From: the human T2T-CHM13v2.0 reference genome, Homo sapiens
NCBI RefSeq assembly: GCF_009914755.1
Contig: NC_060926.1
Length of the DNA stretch: 64,000 nt
Reading direction: 5' to 3' (one strand)
In this document: piece by piece, positions 1-11,720 of the stretch
How positions within the stretch are numbered: the first letter of the stretch is position 1
How the letters are laid out: every line of letters begins with the position of its first letter
Program-made: the position numbers and the translations under genes
Notes under the pieces: generated by a model
Told to the model about the DNA's origin: nothing
Seen by the model: the letters and a program-made list of their open reading frames with translations, nothing else
The model's database searches: none

Positions 1-584
1 GGTCAAGTCACGTAAACATTTTTGAACCTTGGATTTCTTTTCCCATAAATGGCAATAAAAATACTGTCTAGGAGTCTTTTCTCATAGTAATGTTGTGAAG
101 AATGTACAATATACTTGATAAATTTGCTTTGAAAAATTAAAAAGAGATATACTCATTGTAGTTACTATTAATTCCCTGATATTGTCTTATTCTTACAGTA
201 TACCTATAACTCAAGAGCAACAAATCTATTTTACTATACAATTCAAATAAAACTGTATCAAAATGTTTTCTGGCTTTTCCCATAGTTAAGAATGCAGAAT
301 CAAGAAACACTTTATTGTGGATTCTTCTAATCATAATGTTACATATTGAGAAAATTACTTATCTTGTAGAAAGTAAATGCTCTTGCAATTTTTGTACATG
401 TAAATTATAGGTAAACATGTGCATATAAATTTATATAGACATGTATAAATATATATATACATATCGATATATAAAATGTGGATATGTGTATATGTTTTAT
501 ATAATATAAAGTATAAAATAAACAATAATTTTAAAAAGGCATTGGAAAACCGAACAGAACCTGACAATATGGGTTCCAGGTGTT

Positions 585-671
585 AAGAATAACCCATGCA
601 TTCGTGTATCCTATAAATATATACACCTACTATGTACCAATAATAATTTTTTAAAAAGAATAACCCATGCA
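585..671 (+). mobile_element. Ultra-short 5'-truncated L1 3' end (L1MA/L1PB-like) with 16-bp target site duplication
   Basis: Perfect direct repeat AAGAATAACCCATGCA at 585-600 and 656-671. It flanks 55 bp (gtatcctataaatatatacacctactatgtacc...) that resembles the L1MA/L1PB 3' terminus. The target is tt/aaga, typical of L1 endonuclease. Confidence 0.8.
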
Positions 672-2363
672 AATAACTTCTATTACTAGCATGATTCTAA
701 AAATATTTTACCATAAAATTCTCAAACTACCTTAAAATGCCTTTCAGGTGAATCATGTTAATTCAGTTATTTGTTTTTATTGAAGAGTGTAGGATGTGGA
801 ATTAGGAATTCTGTCTTCAACCTTCTGAAAAAAAATACTGAAGTAAATATGCAAAAATTTAACTGTCAGGGTTAGAGGTACAAAGACAAGAACCAAGGAG
901 AGATATGAAGATTGCAATACAGCTATATATCATATATATATATATAAAATACCTCATCTGTTACATGGCATTGAAGTGCAATTGAAAGGAAACAACTGAA
1001 TAGATTTTGAAAATAGTATTTATAACCCATGCAGAAGCAACAATATTTGTGTGGCTATTGTTTTATTTTTTATATTTTTGTGTTTTAGTAATTTTTTAAA
1101 CCAGTTTTCTTTTCTAAATATAAGGTAAGTTATTATAAAATAAAATATTAAAAGGCATAAAAAGTCATCCTGGTGATATATAAAATTAAAAAATCTGTAA
1201 TTATTTGTTTGACAGTTAACTTCAAATTTTCTGTTTCTCAATTAAAAAAACCTGTATAGACATTTTATGTCCTGTAATGTCGTCATTAAATCTTATACTA
1301 ATGTTTAGTATTTGCATCTGAGGTAGAACTTCTTTGTTCGTTCTTAAACTACTATGTAAATGAAGATAAGACACTCTTTCAAATTCTATGAAAGCATTAC
1401 AAGGCATGAAGAGATAAACAAGATACTGATTGCTCAAAGAGGTTTAAAACTCTGTTTCATACCTTGCTTTTCATTTTAAGAATTATCAAAAGAGACCATG
1501 TTAAGGAAACATTTTAGATAAATATTTTTCTTTTATTTTTTAAGTTCTGATGTTTAATATTGTACCACACTGGGGCAGCAGTCAGCAAGATTAGTTTTCT
1601 TAAATAAAAATCTGTCACAATTACCTGGTGTATGGCTTTTATTTAGAAGGCTAATAGTAAGTTTACATTTCCTTTTTTCATATATTTGGCTTCATAATTA
1701 TCACCTGCTTGTAGTGTAATTGTGAGAGGATAATTCCTAGACACTTTTGATTCATCAAAGTTATTTGTGTACCAGATCAGCCTCTAAAATCCTATAAATG
1801 ACATAAGCCCATTAATGTAAGATATCTCTTACATATTTATTTTAAAATTAATGATGAGAAGTAACACAATTATTTCTATAGTTTCATTTGTATTATCTGT
1901 CTCCCATTTCAACGTTTTGTCTTCATATGTTATTATGGTAATAACATCCACATAGAAAGGAAATTAGTTTCAAATATACTTTCCTCTGATACTAATGTTA
2001 CTTACTGCCATAGTTTTCTATTTTACATTGATGATATATTGAAAATGTCTACAGTACAAATATTAAAAGGGCAAAAGGTTTTCTCTGGTATATTGCTAAA
2101 GATATGATGACCAAAATAGGCCAGTTTATTAGCAAAATAAAGTGACTTTCTGTTTTTCATAGTGGGAGGTGATGAACGTTTTTAAATATTCATTTATTAG
2201 ATATAGCTGTTTATTATTTTTTAAAGTTCCAGAGGGAAACTAGTTGATAATAAAAGTATAACACTGAATTAAAAAAGAAAAGCTGATAACATTATTGGAA
2301 TATAATAGGTAGAGAATATTTTAAGCTATGACAGCAAGATACATCATTTAATAAAACATTTTA

Positions 2364-5300
2364 GGGATTTTTTATTTTCCCAAAGATGGGGGATTAGAGG
2401 CTTTCAGCATGCTTTAGCCTCTTGGAAATAGCAAGATAGTACATAAAGATCAACTCTGTGAGCTCTAATTCAAGAAGGAAAATGGAAATGCACCAGAATT
2501 GTGAAGGACATCCCAGGTCCCAGGGAGGAGAACACTGAAAAATAGTTCCCATAAAGATGTGTGGCTGATAAAAGTAAGTGAAGCCCCAATACATGAGAGA
2601 GGCAGAGAGCCTCCCTCTGGAGTCACCTTTCCACTGGGCTTTTGGGCAAGTCAGGATGAGGGAGAGCGCTTTGTTTTTCTCAAGTCCTGGAGTGAACTTG
2701 TGAGAAACTTGGAGATACTGTAAGGGAAACACACCTGGAAAAGCTGCAGATATTTTCCCAGACCCAAGACTGAGAGCAGAGGCCATTTTTAGCCAACCAC
2801 ATACATACAAAGTCAGCCACTTTTTGGTAACTCAGCAGCATGACCACATGGCATTTAAATTTTGGGCCAGAGATTCGAGTGCCATATCTGGAGTGGGGTA
2901 AGGGCTTCCACAGCCAGAACTATGTAAAGTGCCTCAGCAGTCAGCAGTGGAATTGTGCTCTGGCCTGTTGTAAGCCTGGGGCAGGAAGAGTGCTACTACA
3001 GCTGTAGTTTCTCTTCGGCAGTGAGACTTGCAGCCAGGTCCAGCTTGGTGAACTGGAACTGGTTTGCATATGCCATTGCTATGTGCTCCAGCCTGCTCCC
3101 TTGAGATGTTGGTGCATCAGGGCCCTCTGTGGTTTATGCCCAGGCAGAGCTCCAAGTATTCAGAGCATTTGCTCAACTGGATCAGCAACCTGACCTGCCC
3201 CACCCTTCCTGTGCAGAGATCTTGGTGCAAGGGGGCCCTGTCTGCTACATACCCAAGCAGATCTCCAGGAATTCAGAGCACCTGCTCACTTAGATCAGCA
3301 GCCTGAGCTGCCCCACAACTCCTGTGCAGAGATTAGCTGCAGGGGGCTCTCTCTGTTCCATTCTCAGACAGATGTCCAAGTATCTGGAGAATATACTCTC
3401 CTAGATTAGGAATTTAGACTACCCCCCATCCCCATGCAGTTAACTTGAGGCCATGGAGATTTCTCACCTCCGTGCCTAGGCAAACCTCTGAGCGCTTGGT
3501 GGCCAGACACTGTATTCTCCCTTTGGCACTGGTGTTTCCTCCTGCCATCAGAGGACCTGTCGGCAGATTTGCCTGATCCAGCTCTACTCATCTTGGCCCC
3601 TGCCACCTGGGGAGTGAGCAGGGAGCTCAGACCACTGTGCATTCCAAGCATCAGCCCATTGCCTGAGGTAACGTAGACAATCACTGGTAAACAAGGATCA
3701 AGTGTACACCCAGCCATGTTTGCTGCAGCTAGCTCTTACTTATAAAAACCATCAACTGGCTCATAGATCAAACTACACAGGCCAATAGAAACCTGTCTAA
3801 AGAAATGCATAGGTTTATAGAAGTTAAGCCAAAACAGCCTACCCAGTATTCACTATAGTTGCACCCCTAGGAAGGAGGAGATAGGAAAAGGGAAAGAAAA
3901 AACAACAATGATAATATGGCAGTGGGGGTGGGCAAAGAAAAACCTTACCCTCACTAAAATGATTACAAAGCTTGTAATTGCCGTTATCTCCAGATGCAAA
4001 AGAACCAGTGCAAGAATTCTGGCACCATAAAAACTCTGAATGTAGTGACGCCAACAAAGGATCACATTAGATCTCTTACAGTGGTCCCTAACCAAAATGG
4101 AAACTTATAAATGATGGATAAAGATTTCACAGCTTGGATTGCAAGGAAGCTCAACAGGATCCAATACATGGTTGAAAATCAACACAAATCAATCTAAAGC
4201 AGTCCAGGAAATGAAGGAAGAGATAAACATTATAAAAATAAATCATTCAGAGCATCTAGAATTGAAAAACTCACTTAAGGAATTTTAAAATAAAATATAA
4301 AGATTTATCAACAGATTGGATCAGGCAGAAGATAGAATGTCAAAGCATGAAGATCTGTATTTTGAACTAACTCAGAAAGACAAAGAAAAAATGTTTTTAA
4401 AAAGAATAAATTCTTCAAGAAATATGGGATTATGTAAAGTGACCAATCTTACAAAACACTGGTATTCCTGAGAGAGAAAGAAAAAAGGTAAACCACCTGG
4501 AATACATATGTGAGTTAATAATTCAAGGAAATTTCCCTAATCTTGCTAGAGAGGAGACATCCAGATAGGAGAAATTCAGGAACACTTGCAAGATATGCTA
4601 CAAGTTGAATCTCACCAAAGGACGTAGTCATCAAACATTCTAAAGTCAACACTAAAGAAAAAATGTTAAAGACAGCTAGATAAAAAGCTCAAATAATGTA
4701 CAAAGGGAACTCCATCAAGCTAACAGCAGAATTCTCAGCAGAACAAAGGCCAGATGGGGGCCCGATTTGCACATGTCCCCTAGAAGTTAAAGTATAAATA
4801 ATTTTAAGAAAAGAAAAGAAAAGAAATGCCAACCAAGAATTTCATATCTTGCTAAACTAAGCTTCATAAATGAAGGGGAATTAAAATCTTTTCCAACCAA
4901 GGAAGCACTAGATAATTTATTAACACTAGAACAGCCATACAAGAGATTTTTAAGGGAGTTTTACACATAGAAGCAAACAAATAATACCCGCTACTACAAG
5001 AACACAATTAAATACATAGCCCACAGGTCATATAAAACAATCACGCAATAGAAACTCAAGACCAACCAGCTAACAACTTCTTGATAGGATAAAAATCTCA
5101 CATATCAATATTAATCATGAAAGTAAACAGTGTGAACTTCCCACTTAAAAGACATGGACTAACAAGTTGGATTAAAAGTAAAAACAACAAAACAAACAAA
5201 CTAAAAAACAAGACCCATAATCTGTTGTCTTCAAGAGATAACACCTCACATGTGTTGAAACCCATAGGCTCACAGTAAAGGGTTGAAGAAAGATCTGCCA

Positions 5301-8300
5301 TAGAAATGAAAAACAAAAAAGAGCAAGGGTTGCTATTCTTATATCAAATAAAATAGACTTTGAAATAACAATTGTCAAAAAAGGTGAAGGGCACAACTTA
5401 TGATAAAGGATCCAATTTAAAAAGAAGACTTAACTAAACTATATGTATACTCACCAATTATTGGAGCACCCTGATTTACAAAACAAGTACTTCTAGACCT
5501 AAGAAAATACTTACACAGCTACACAAGAATAATGCAGGAATTTTAGCACCCAGTGTCAGCATTAGACAGATTATTGAGGCAGAAAATTAACAAATTCCGG
5601 ACTTAAACTTGACACTTGACCAACTGAACCTAACAGACAGCTACAGAATACTCCACTCAAAACCCATGGAATATATATTATTGTAATCTGCACACGGAAC
5701 ACGCTCAAAAATCAAATAAACACTTAGCCACAAAGCAAGTCTCAATAAGTTAAAAAAAAATCGAAATTATATTAGCCATACTCTTGGAAGATAGTAGAGT
5801 GAAAATAGAAATCAATACCAAGATCTCTCAAAACCGTGAAATTACATAGAAATTCGACAACTTGATTGTAAGTGACATTTGAATAAACAATAAATTAAGG
5901 CAGAATTTTTAAAAAAATCTTTGAATAAATGAAAATAATAACAAACCATACCAAACTCTGTGGGATGCAGCAAAAGCTGTGTTAAGAGGAAAGTTTATAG
6001 CACTTAATGCCTACCTCAAAAAGTGAGAAAGACTGATAATTAATAATCTAACATTACATTCAGAGGAACTAGAAAAACAAGGAGAAACTAACCCCAAAGC
6101 TACCAGATGAAAAGAAATAACTAAAATCAGAACAAAACTGAATGAAATTGAGAATGCATACAAAGAATTAACAAAACCAAAGCTTGGTTATTTGAAAGGA
6201 TAAACAAGATTGATAGACTAACAACTAGATTAAGAAAGAAACAGAGAAGATCCAAATGAGCACAATAAAAAATGACAAAGGTGACATTACAACTAATCCT
6301 CCAGAAATACAAAAGATCCTCAGAGACTATTATAAATACCCCTATACACACAAACTAGAAGACAGAGGAAATGGATAAATTCTTCTAGAATTTCCTCTGG
6401 AAGAACACAGTCTCCCAAGACAGGAAGTAATTAAAAGTCTCCTAAATCAGGAAGTAATTAAAGCTCTGAACAGACCAATATACTGTTGTGAAATTGAATC
6501 AATTATTTAAAAAACCTACAAATCAACCAAAAAAAAAAAAAAGGCCCAGGACCAGATGGATTCACAGCTATGTTTCAGCAGAAGTACAAAGACAAACTAA
6601 TACCAATTCTATTACAAAAAATTTGAGGAGGAGGGACTCCTTTCTAACTAATTCTATAAATCCAGCACCACCCTTATACCCAAACCAGGCAAACACACAA
6701 CATAAAAAAGAAAACTGTAGGCCATTATCGCTGATGAACATAAAGGACAAATCCTCGAGAAAATACTAGCACCCAAATCCAACAGCACATCAAAAAGTTA
6801 ATTCACTATGATCAAGTAGGCTTCATTCCTGGGATTCAAGGTTGGGTCAATATACACAAATCAATAAATGTGACTCATTATAGAAACATAATTAAAACCA
6901 AAAGGCGTAAGATCATCTCAGTAGGTAAGGAAAAAGCTCTTGACAAAATCCGAAATCCCTTCATGATAAAAACTCTTCAGAATCTAAGAATTAAAGTAAC
7001 ATACCTCAAAATAATAAGAGCCATCTATGACAAACCTGTAGTGAACATCACTCTGAAAGGGCAAAAACTGGAAGCATTCTCCTGGAGATCTAGAACAAGA
7101 CAAGGATGCCCACTTTCACTGCTCATATTCAGCATGGTAGTGGAAGTGCTAGCCAGAGCAATCAGACAAGAGAATGGAGTGAAAGGCAACCAAATAAGAT
7201 AAAAAGTAGCTAAGCTGTCTCACTTCACGGATGATATAATTTTATACTCAAAAAGCCCTAAAGACTCCACCAAAAAGCTCCTGGAACTGATAAATAACTT
7301 CAGTAAAGTTTCAGAATACAAAATCAGTAGCATTTCTTAACATCTGAGAGTCAAACCAAGAACACAATCCCATTTACAATAGCTAAAACTGAAACAAAAC
7401 AAAACAAAGAACCAAACAAAAACCTAGGAATACATGTAACCAGAGTTGAAAGGTCTCTGCAGGGAAAATTATAAAATACTGATGAAAGAAGTCATACATG
7501 ACACAAATGGAAAAACATTTTATGATCATGGATTGGAAGAATCAGTATTGTTAAAAACACTGCCCAATTAAGCTACACATTCAATGCTTTTCTTATCAAA
7601 CTACTAATGTCATTTTTCACAAAACTAGAAAAATATATTCTAAAATGTGTATGGTATCAAAAAGAGCCTGAATAGCCAAAGCAATCCTGAGCAAAAAGAG
7701 CAAAGACAGATATATCATATTACCCAACTTCAAATTATACTATAAGGCTATTATTATAGCCAAAACAGCATGGTACTGGTATGAATTCAGATACATAGAC
7801 CAATGGAATACAATAGAGAACACAGAAAAAAAGCCATACACCTACAACCATGTGATCCTTGAAAAGGTGACAAAAACAAGCAATGGGGAAAGGACTCCCT
7901 ATTCAGTAAATGGTGTTGGGATAACTGGCTAGCCATATACAGAAGGTGGAAACTAGAGCCTTACCTTTCACCGTACACAAAATTAACTCAAAATGGATTA
8001 AAGATTTAAATGTAAGACCTCAAATTTTAAGAAGCCTAATTAAAATCTAGGAAACAGCATCCTGAACATTGGCCTTGGGAAAGAATTTATGACTAAGTCC
8101 TCAAAAGCAATTGCAACAAAAACAAAAATTGGCAAATGAGACCTAATTAAACTAAAAAGCTTCTGAACAGCAAAAAAATTATCAATAGAATAAACAGACA
8201 ACCTACACAATGGGAGAAAATATTCACAAACTACACATCTGACAAACATATCTATATCTGGAATCTATAAGGAAACTAAACATTTTAATAAGCAAGAAAC

Positions 8301-9152
8301 AAACAACTTTATTTAAAAGTAGGCAAAAAATAGGAACAGACACTACTCAAAAGAAGATATACAAGTGGCCAACAAACATGAAAAAATGTTCCATATCACT
8401 AATCATCAGAAAAATGCAAATCAGAATCACAATGAGATACCATCTCACACTACTCAGAATAAGTATTATCAATAATTCAAAAAATAATAGATGCTGGCAA
8501 TGCTGTGGAGGAAAGGGAATGCTTATACACTGTTTGTGGGAATACAAATTATTTCAGCTTCTGTAGAAAGCAGTTTAGAGGTTTCTCACAGAAGTTATAA
8601 CAGAGCTACGGTTCGACTCAGCAATCTCATTACTGGATGTATATCCAAAAGAAAAGTTGTTCTGAAAAAAAGACACATGCACTCATATTTTAATTGTAGA
8701 ACATTCACAATAGCAAAGATATGCAATCAACATTGGTACCTATCAGTGGTGGTCTGTATAAAGAAAAGGTGGTAAATATGTGCTATAGACTATGATGCAG
8801 CATAAAAAAGAACAAAATCAAGTTTTTTTGCAGCAACATGGATGGGGCTGGAGACCATTATCCTAAGTGATTTAGTGAAGGTAGAGAAAACCAAACACTG
8901 TATGTTTTCACTTATAAATTTGAGCTAAATATTGGGTACTCATGAACATAAAGATGGCAACAATAGAAACCAGGAACCACTAGAGGGGAAGAAAGGAAGG
9001 GAATGAGGGTTGATAAGCTACCTATTGGGTACTATGTTCAGTACCTGCATGGTGGTATCATTCGTACTCCAAACCTCAGCAATGTACCTAGGTAACAAAT
9101 CTTCTCATGTATCTCCTGAATCTGAAATAACAGATGAAAAAAATAAAAATAA
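2364..9152 (+). mobile_element. Near full-length, decayed LINE-1 (L1PA15-17-like)
   Basis: GC-richer 5'UTR ~2.4-3.9 kb, ORF1 remnants ~4.0-5.0 kb, ORF2 remnants ~5.1-8.9 kb. ORF 6870-7202 reads [11 protein letters not shown]...RQGCPLS...[10 protein letters not shown], which is L1 reverse transcriptase; ORF 8378-8566 matches the ORF2 C-terminal region. The 3'UTR (acctattgggtactatg...ccaaacctcagc) ends in an A-rich tail. Many stops and frameshifts. Confidence 0.95.
4768..4826 (+). mobile_element. Tiny younger L1PA 3' tail inserted in ORF1 of the older L1
   Basis: tgcacatgtcccctagaagttaaagtataaataa matches the L1PA terminal TGCACATGTACCCTAGAACTTAAAGTATAATAA. It interrupts the ORF1 sequence GGGGCC..TT/AAAGAAAAGAA. 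Confidence 0.7.
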
Positions 9153-9400
9153 GGTAAAATTGTATTTAAATATTTTAAATGAAAAATATGTTTAAAACTT
9201 TTTTACTAATTCATTGGATTTTGAGAATGGGAGTTTTTGGTGAAATCCTGTTCTTGGCTAATTCCTAGGGCAGTTAAAATAAAAACCTAAGAAAGAGAGC
9301 TCTTTGTTTTTCTCTGTTAAGTTGCTTGCCTTTCCAGTACCTTTCTAAGCATATTTCCTCCTGCCTTCATTCAATGTAAATCTACCTTTTGATCTCTTTC

Positions 9401-9807
9401 TATATGGTTCGGCTGTGTCCCCACCCAAATTTCATCTTGAATTGTAGTTCCCATAATCCCCATGTGTTATGGGAGGGACCTCATGGGAGGTGATTAGATT
9501 ATGGGGGCAGTTCCCCCATGCTGTTCTCCTGATGGTAAGTTCTTACAAGATCTGATGGTTTTATAAGGGGCTTCCCTCTTTGCTAGGTTCTCATTATTCT
9601 CTCCCCTGCCACCCTATGAAAAGGTGTCTTCTACTATGATTGTAGGTTTCCTGAGGCCTACTCAGCCCTTCAGAACTGTGAGTCAATTAAACCTCTTTCC
9701 TTTATAAACTCAGCCCTTCGGAACTGTGAGTCAATTAAACCTCTTTCCTTTATAAATTACCTAGTCTTGGGTGTTTCTTCATAGCAGCTCAAGAATGGAC
9801 AAATACA
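9401..9807 (+). mobile_element. THE1 (MaLR) solo LTR, THE1C/D-like
   Basis: Starts t(g)atatggttcggctgtgtccccacccaaat and ends gaatggacaaataca. 5-bp TSD ctttc/ccttc. Contains a 48-bp tandem duplication. Confidence 0.92.
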
Positions 9808-10042
9808 CCTTCTCTGATTCTTTCTACTTTGCTCTTTCATGTTTCCTCATTAAGGTATGAATCAATACTATTGCAATTGAAATCATGTTGCATGATTGGG
9901 AATTCAAACAACAACCAGGTGTTATTTAATGGGCTTGTTAAGAATTAAAAACTTAAATATTTATATATACGAATTTCCTCAAAACTTAAATGTCTACATT
10001 TTACTTCCATAATATAAAGACATTTTGGATATCCACAAAGAC

Positions 10043-10823
10043 TGTTAGGGGTGGTGAATTTCTGAGTTACCAGTGGCGAATCCATATGGGTCTGCAGCAA
10101 CATCAGTTCTCGCCTCCTCAGAAGAAAGTATTTTACTCAGGGACATAAGGCAGAAAAAGAGACCAAGGCAAGTTTCAGAGCAGGTTGGAAGTTCATTAAA
10201 AAGCTTTAGAGCAGGAAAGAAAGGAAAGTAAACTTGGGAGACCCAACTGGACATTTGGAGATCGAGTGCAGAGTTTGACCTTTAGACTTTGGGTTTTATA
10301 TATTGGCATACTTCTGGAGACTTGCATCCATCTTCCCCTGGTTCTTCCAATGGGGTGGGCTGCCCACATGCATGGTGGCCTGTGAGCACTTGGGAGGTGA
10401 GCATGCACAGTGCATTTACAGGAGTTGTATGCATGTTCTCCTGAGGCATTCTTCCCTTTTCTGGTGGAATGCCCCCAGAAGGTTATACTCCAGCAGTTTG
10501 GCTTTTAATGTCCATGCCCATTGGCCCCAGTCCTGAGATATTATTGGAAGCTTCTGATTACCAACTTCAAGTGTTTTATTTTATTGGAAAATTGCGTCTC
10601 CCTGGTGCTGGCTGCGACCAATGATCATTTTAGAGAACCAGTGTGGTAACTGCCAGACCATCAGGAAACGGCCTTTCCCTAGTGCCAACTGTGACCAGTT
10701 ATCATTTTAGAGATACAGTGTGATAACTGCCAGACCATCACCTGATGGTCATCTGACATTCCTGGTGGGTCGGGGGAGCCCAATCCTGCCCTGCTTATGC
10801 CTGACTAGCTACCTACTCTAACA
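10043..10823 (-). mobile_element. MER50 solo LTR (ERV1)
   Basis: The minus strand begins TGTTAGAGTAGGTAGCTAGTCAGGCATAAGCAGGGCAGG (MER50 start) and ends ...CCTAACA. 4-bp TSD agac/agat. Confidence 0.85.
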
Positions 10824-11241
10824 AGATACACAGATAAAAACAGATACAGCCTATATCTTCAGCTTTTGCTATAGCCCGGTTCTGATGCCATCATTTGTGT
10901 TTGACAGAGACACAAAGACAGGCAAATAAAGAAATGGGCAAGGCCTTAGGTATTTTCTGCTTGGAGGTTTTTGGCATGGGGTAGCTGGAGGCAGATTAAC
11001 TAGAGACAGTACATCATATGTGATCTGTTTGGGGAATATGCTTCCTTTTTCTGGTTGGTTCTGAGTTGGAAATAAGGGCAAAAAAAATTGGGAAGGTGGC
11101 TGTCATTGAATACATCCTGACCATATTGCTGATTGCTGCAGAGGTTATGGTTTGTTTTCCTGGGCTCCTTGCTGCAGAGGTTATGGTTAGAATTCTATTG
11201 TCATACATTGTTTGGCTGTTGTTTGTATATTCAATGTCTCA
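10824..11241 (-). mobile_element. 3' LTR of an ancient ERV1 provirus (MER90-like by recall)
   Basis: The minus strand starts TGAGAC directly after the polypurine tract AAAAGGGGGCAC (11242-11253). Homologous to 15740-16031. Confidence 0.7.
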
Positions 11242-11612
11242 GTGCCCCCTTTTAGTCATTCTCTCACTTGTGATAGGTAGACCAATTTAAGGAAATCTAG
11301 AGAGGCAGATCTTTGCTGCTAAGTGTTCAGTTGTCTCCATAGTCAAATATTTCACAAGAATTTATTGACCAATTTATTGTATCCATATGAAAAACATCTG
11401 AGAAGATAGCAGCTATGAAAAAGCATATAGGATTCTGGATGTAATGCATTGGAATAGCATCATGGTCATCATGTTAAGAAAAAGAATGCTTCTCCCTGTA
11501 ATATGCTTTAGAACCAGGAACCCCAAACACCCAACCTGGGCCAAGAGAGATAATTCCATTGGCTATAAGGATCTATCATAAAGTACCAAGTGAGTTTTTC
11601 CTTATGGTGATG

Positions 11613-11720
11613 TACCTTGCCTATTTCATTTATTTACATACAACAAGACTTAGAAATGGCACAGATGCCACCATGGCTAGCTAACAGGAAATATGGAGCA
11701 ATGAGATTATACATCTCTAC
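11613..11720 (-). pseudogene. Retroviral env TM remnant (immunosuppressive domain plus CX6CC-derived motif)
   Basis: Manual minus-strand translation: VEMYNLIAPYFLLASHGGICAISKSCCM*INEIGKV. This resembles gamma-type env (V/L)xxNRxALDFLLAxxGGxCAxxxxxCCxxIN. In-frame stop present. Confidence 0.75.

Noticed and set aside
400-520. TA-rich quasi-palindromic tracts (also 31715-31930)
   Set aside because: Decayed (TA)/(TG) low-complexity sequence.
2364-9152. Potentially active L1
   Set aside because: ORF1 and ORF2 are fragmented by many stops, frameshifts and insertions.
10622-10742. Internal direct repeat atcattttagaga..cagtgtg..taactgccagaccatca
   Set aside because: As I recall, this is an intrinsic feature of MER50-group LTRs rather than a locus-specific event.
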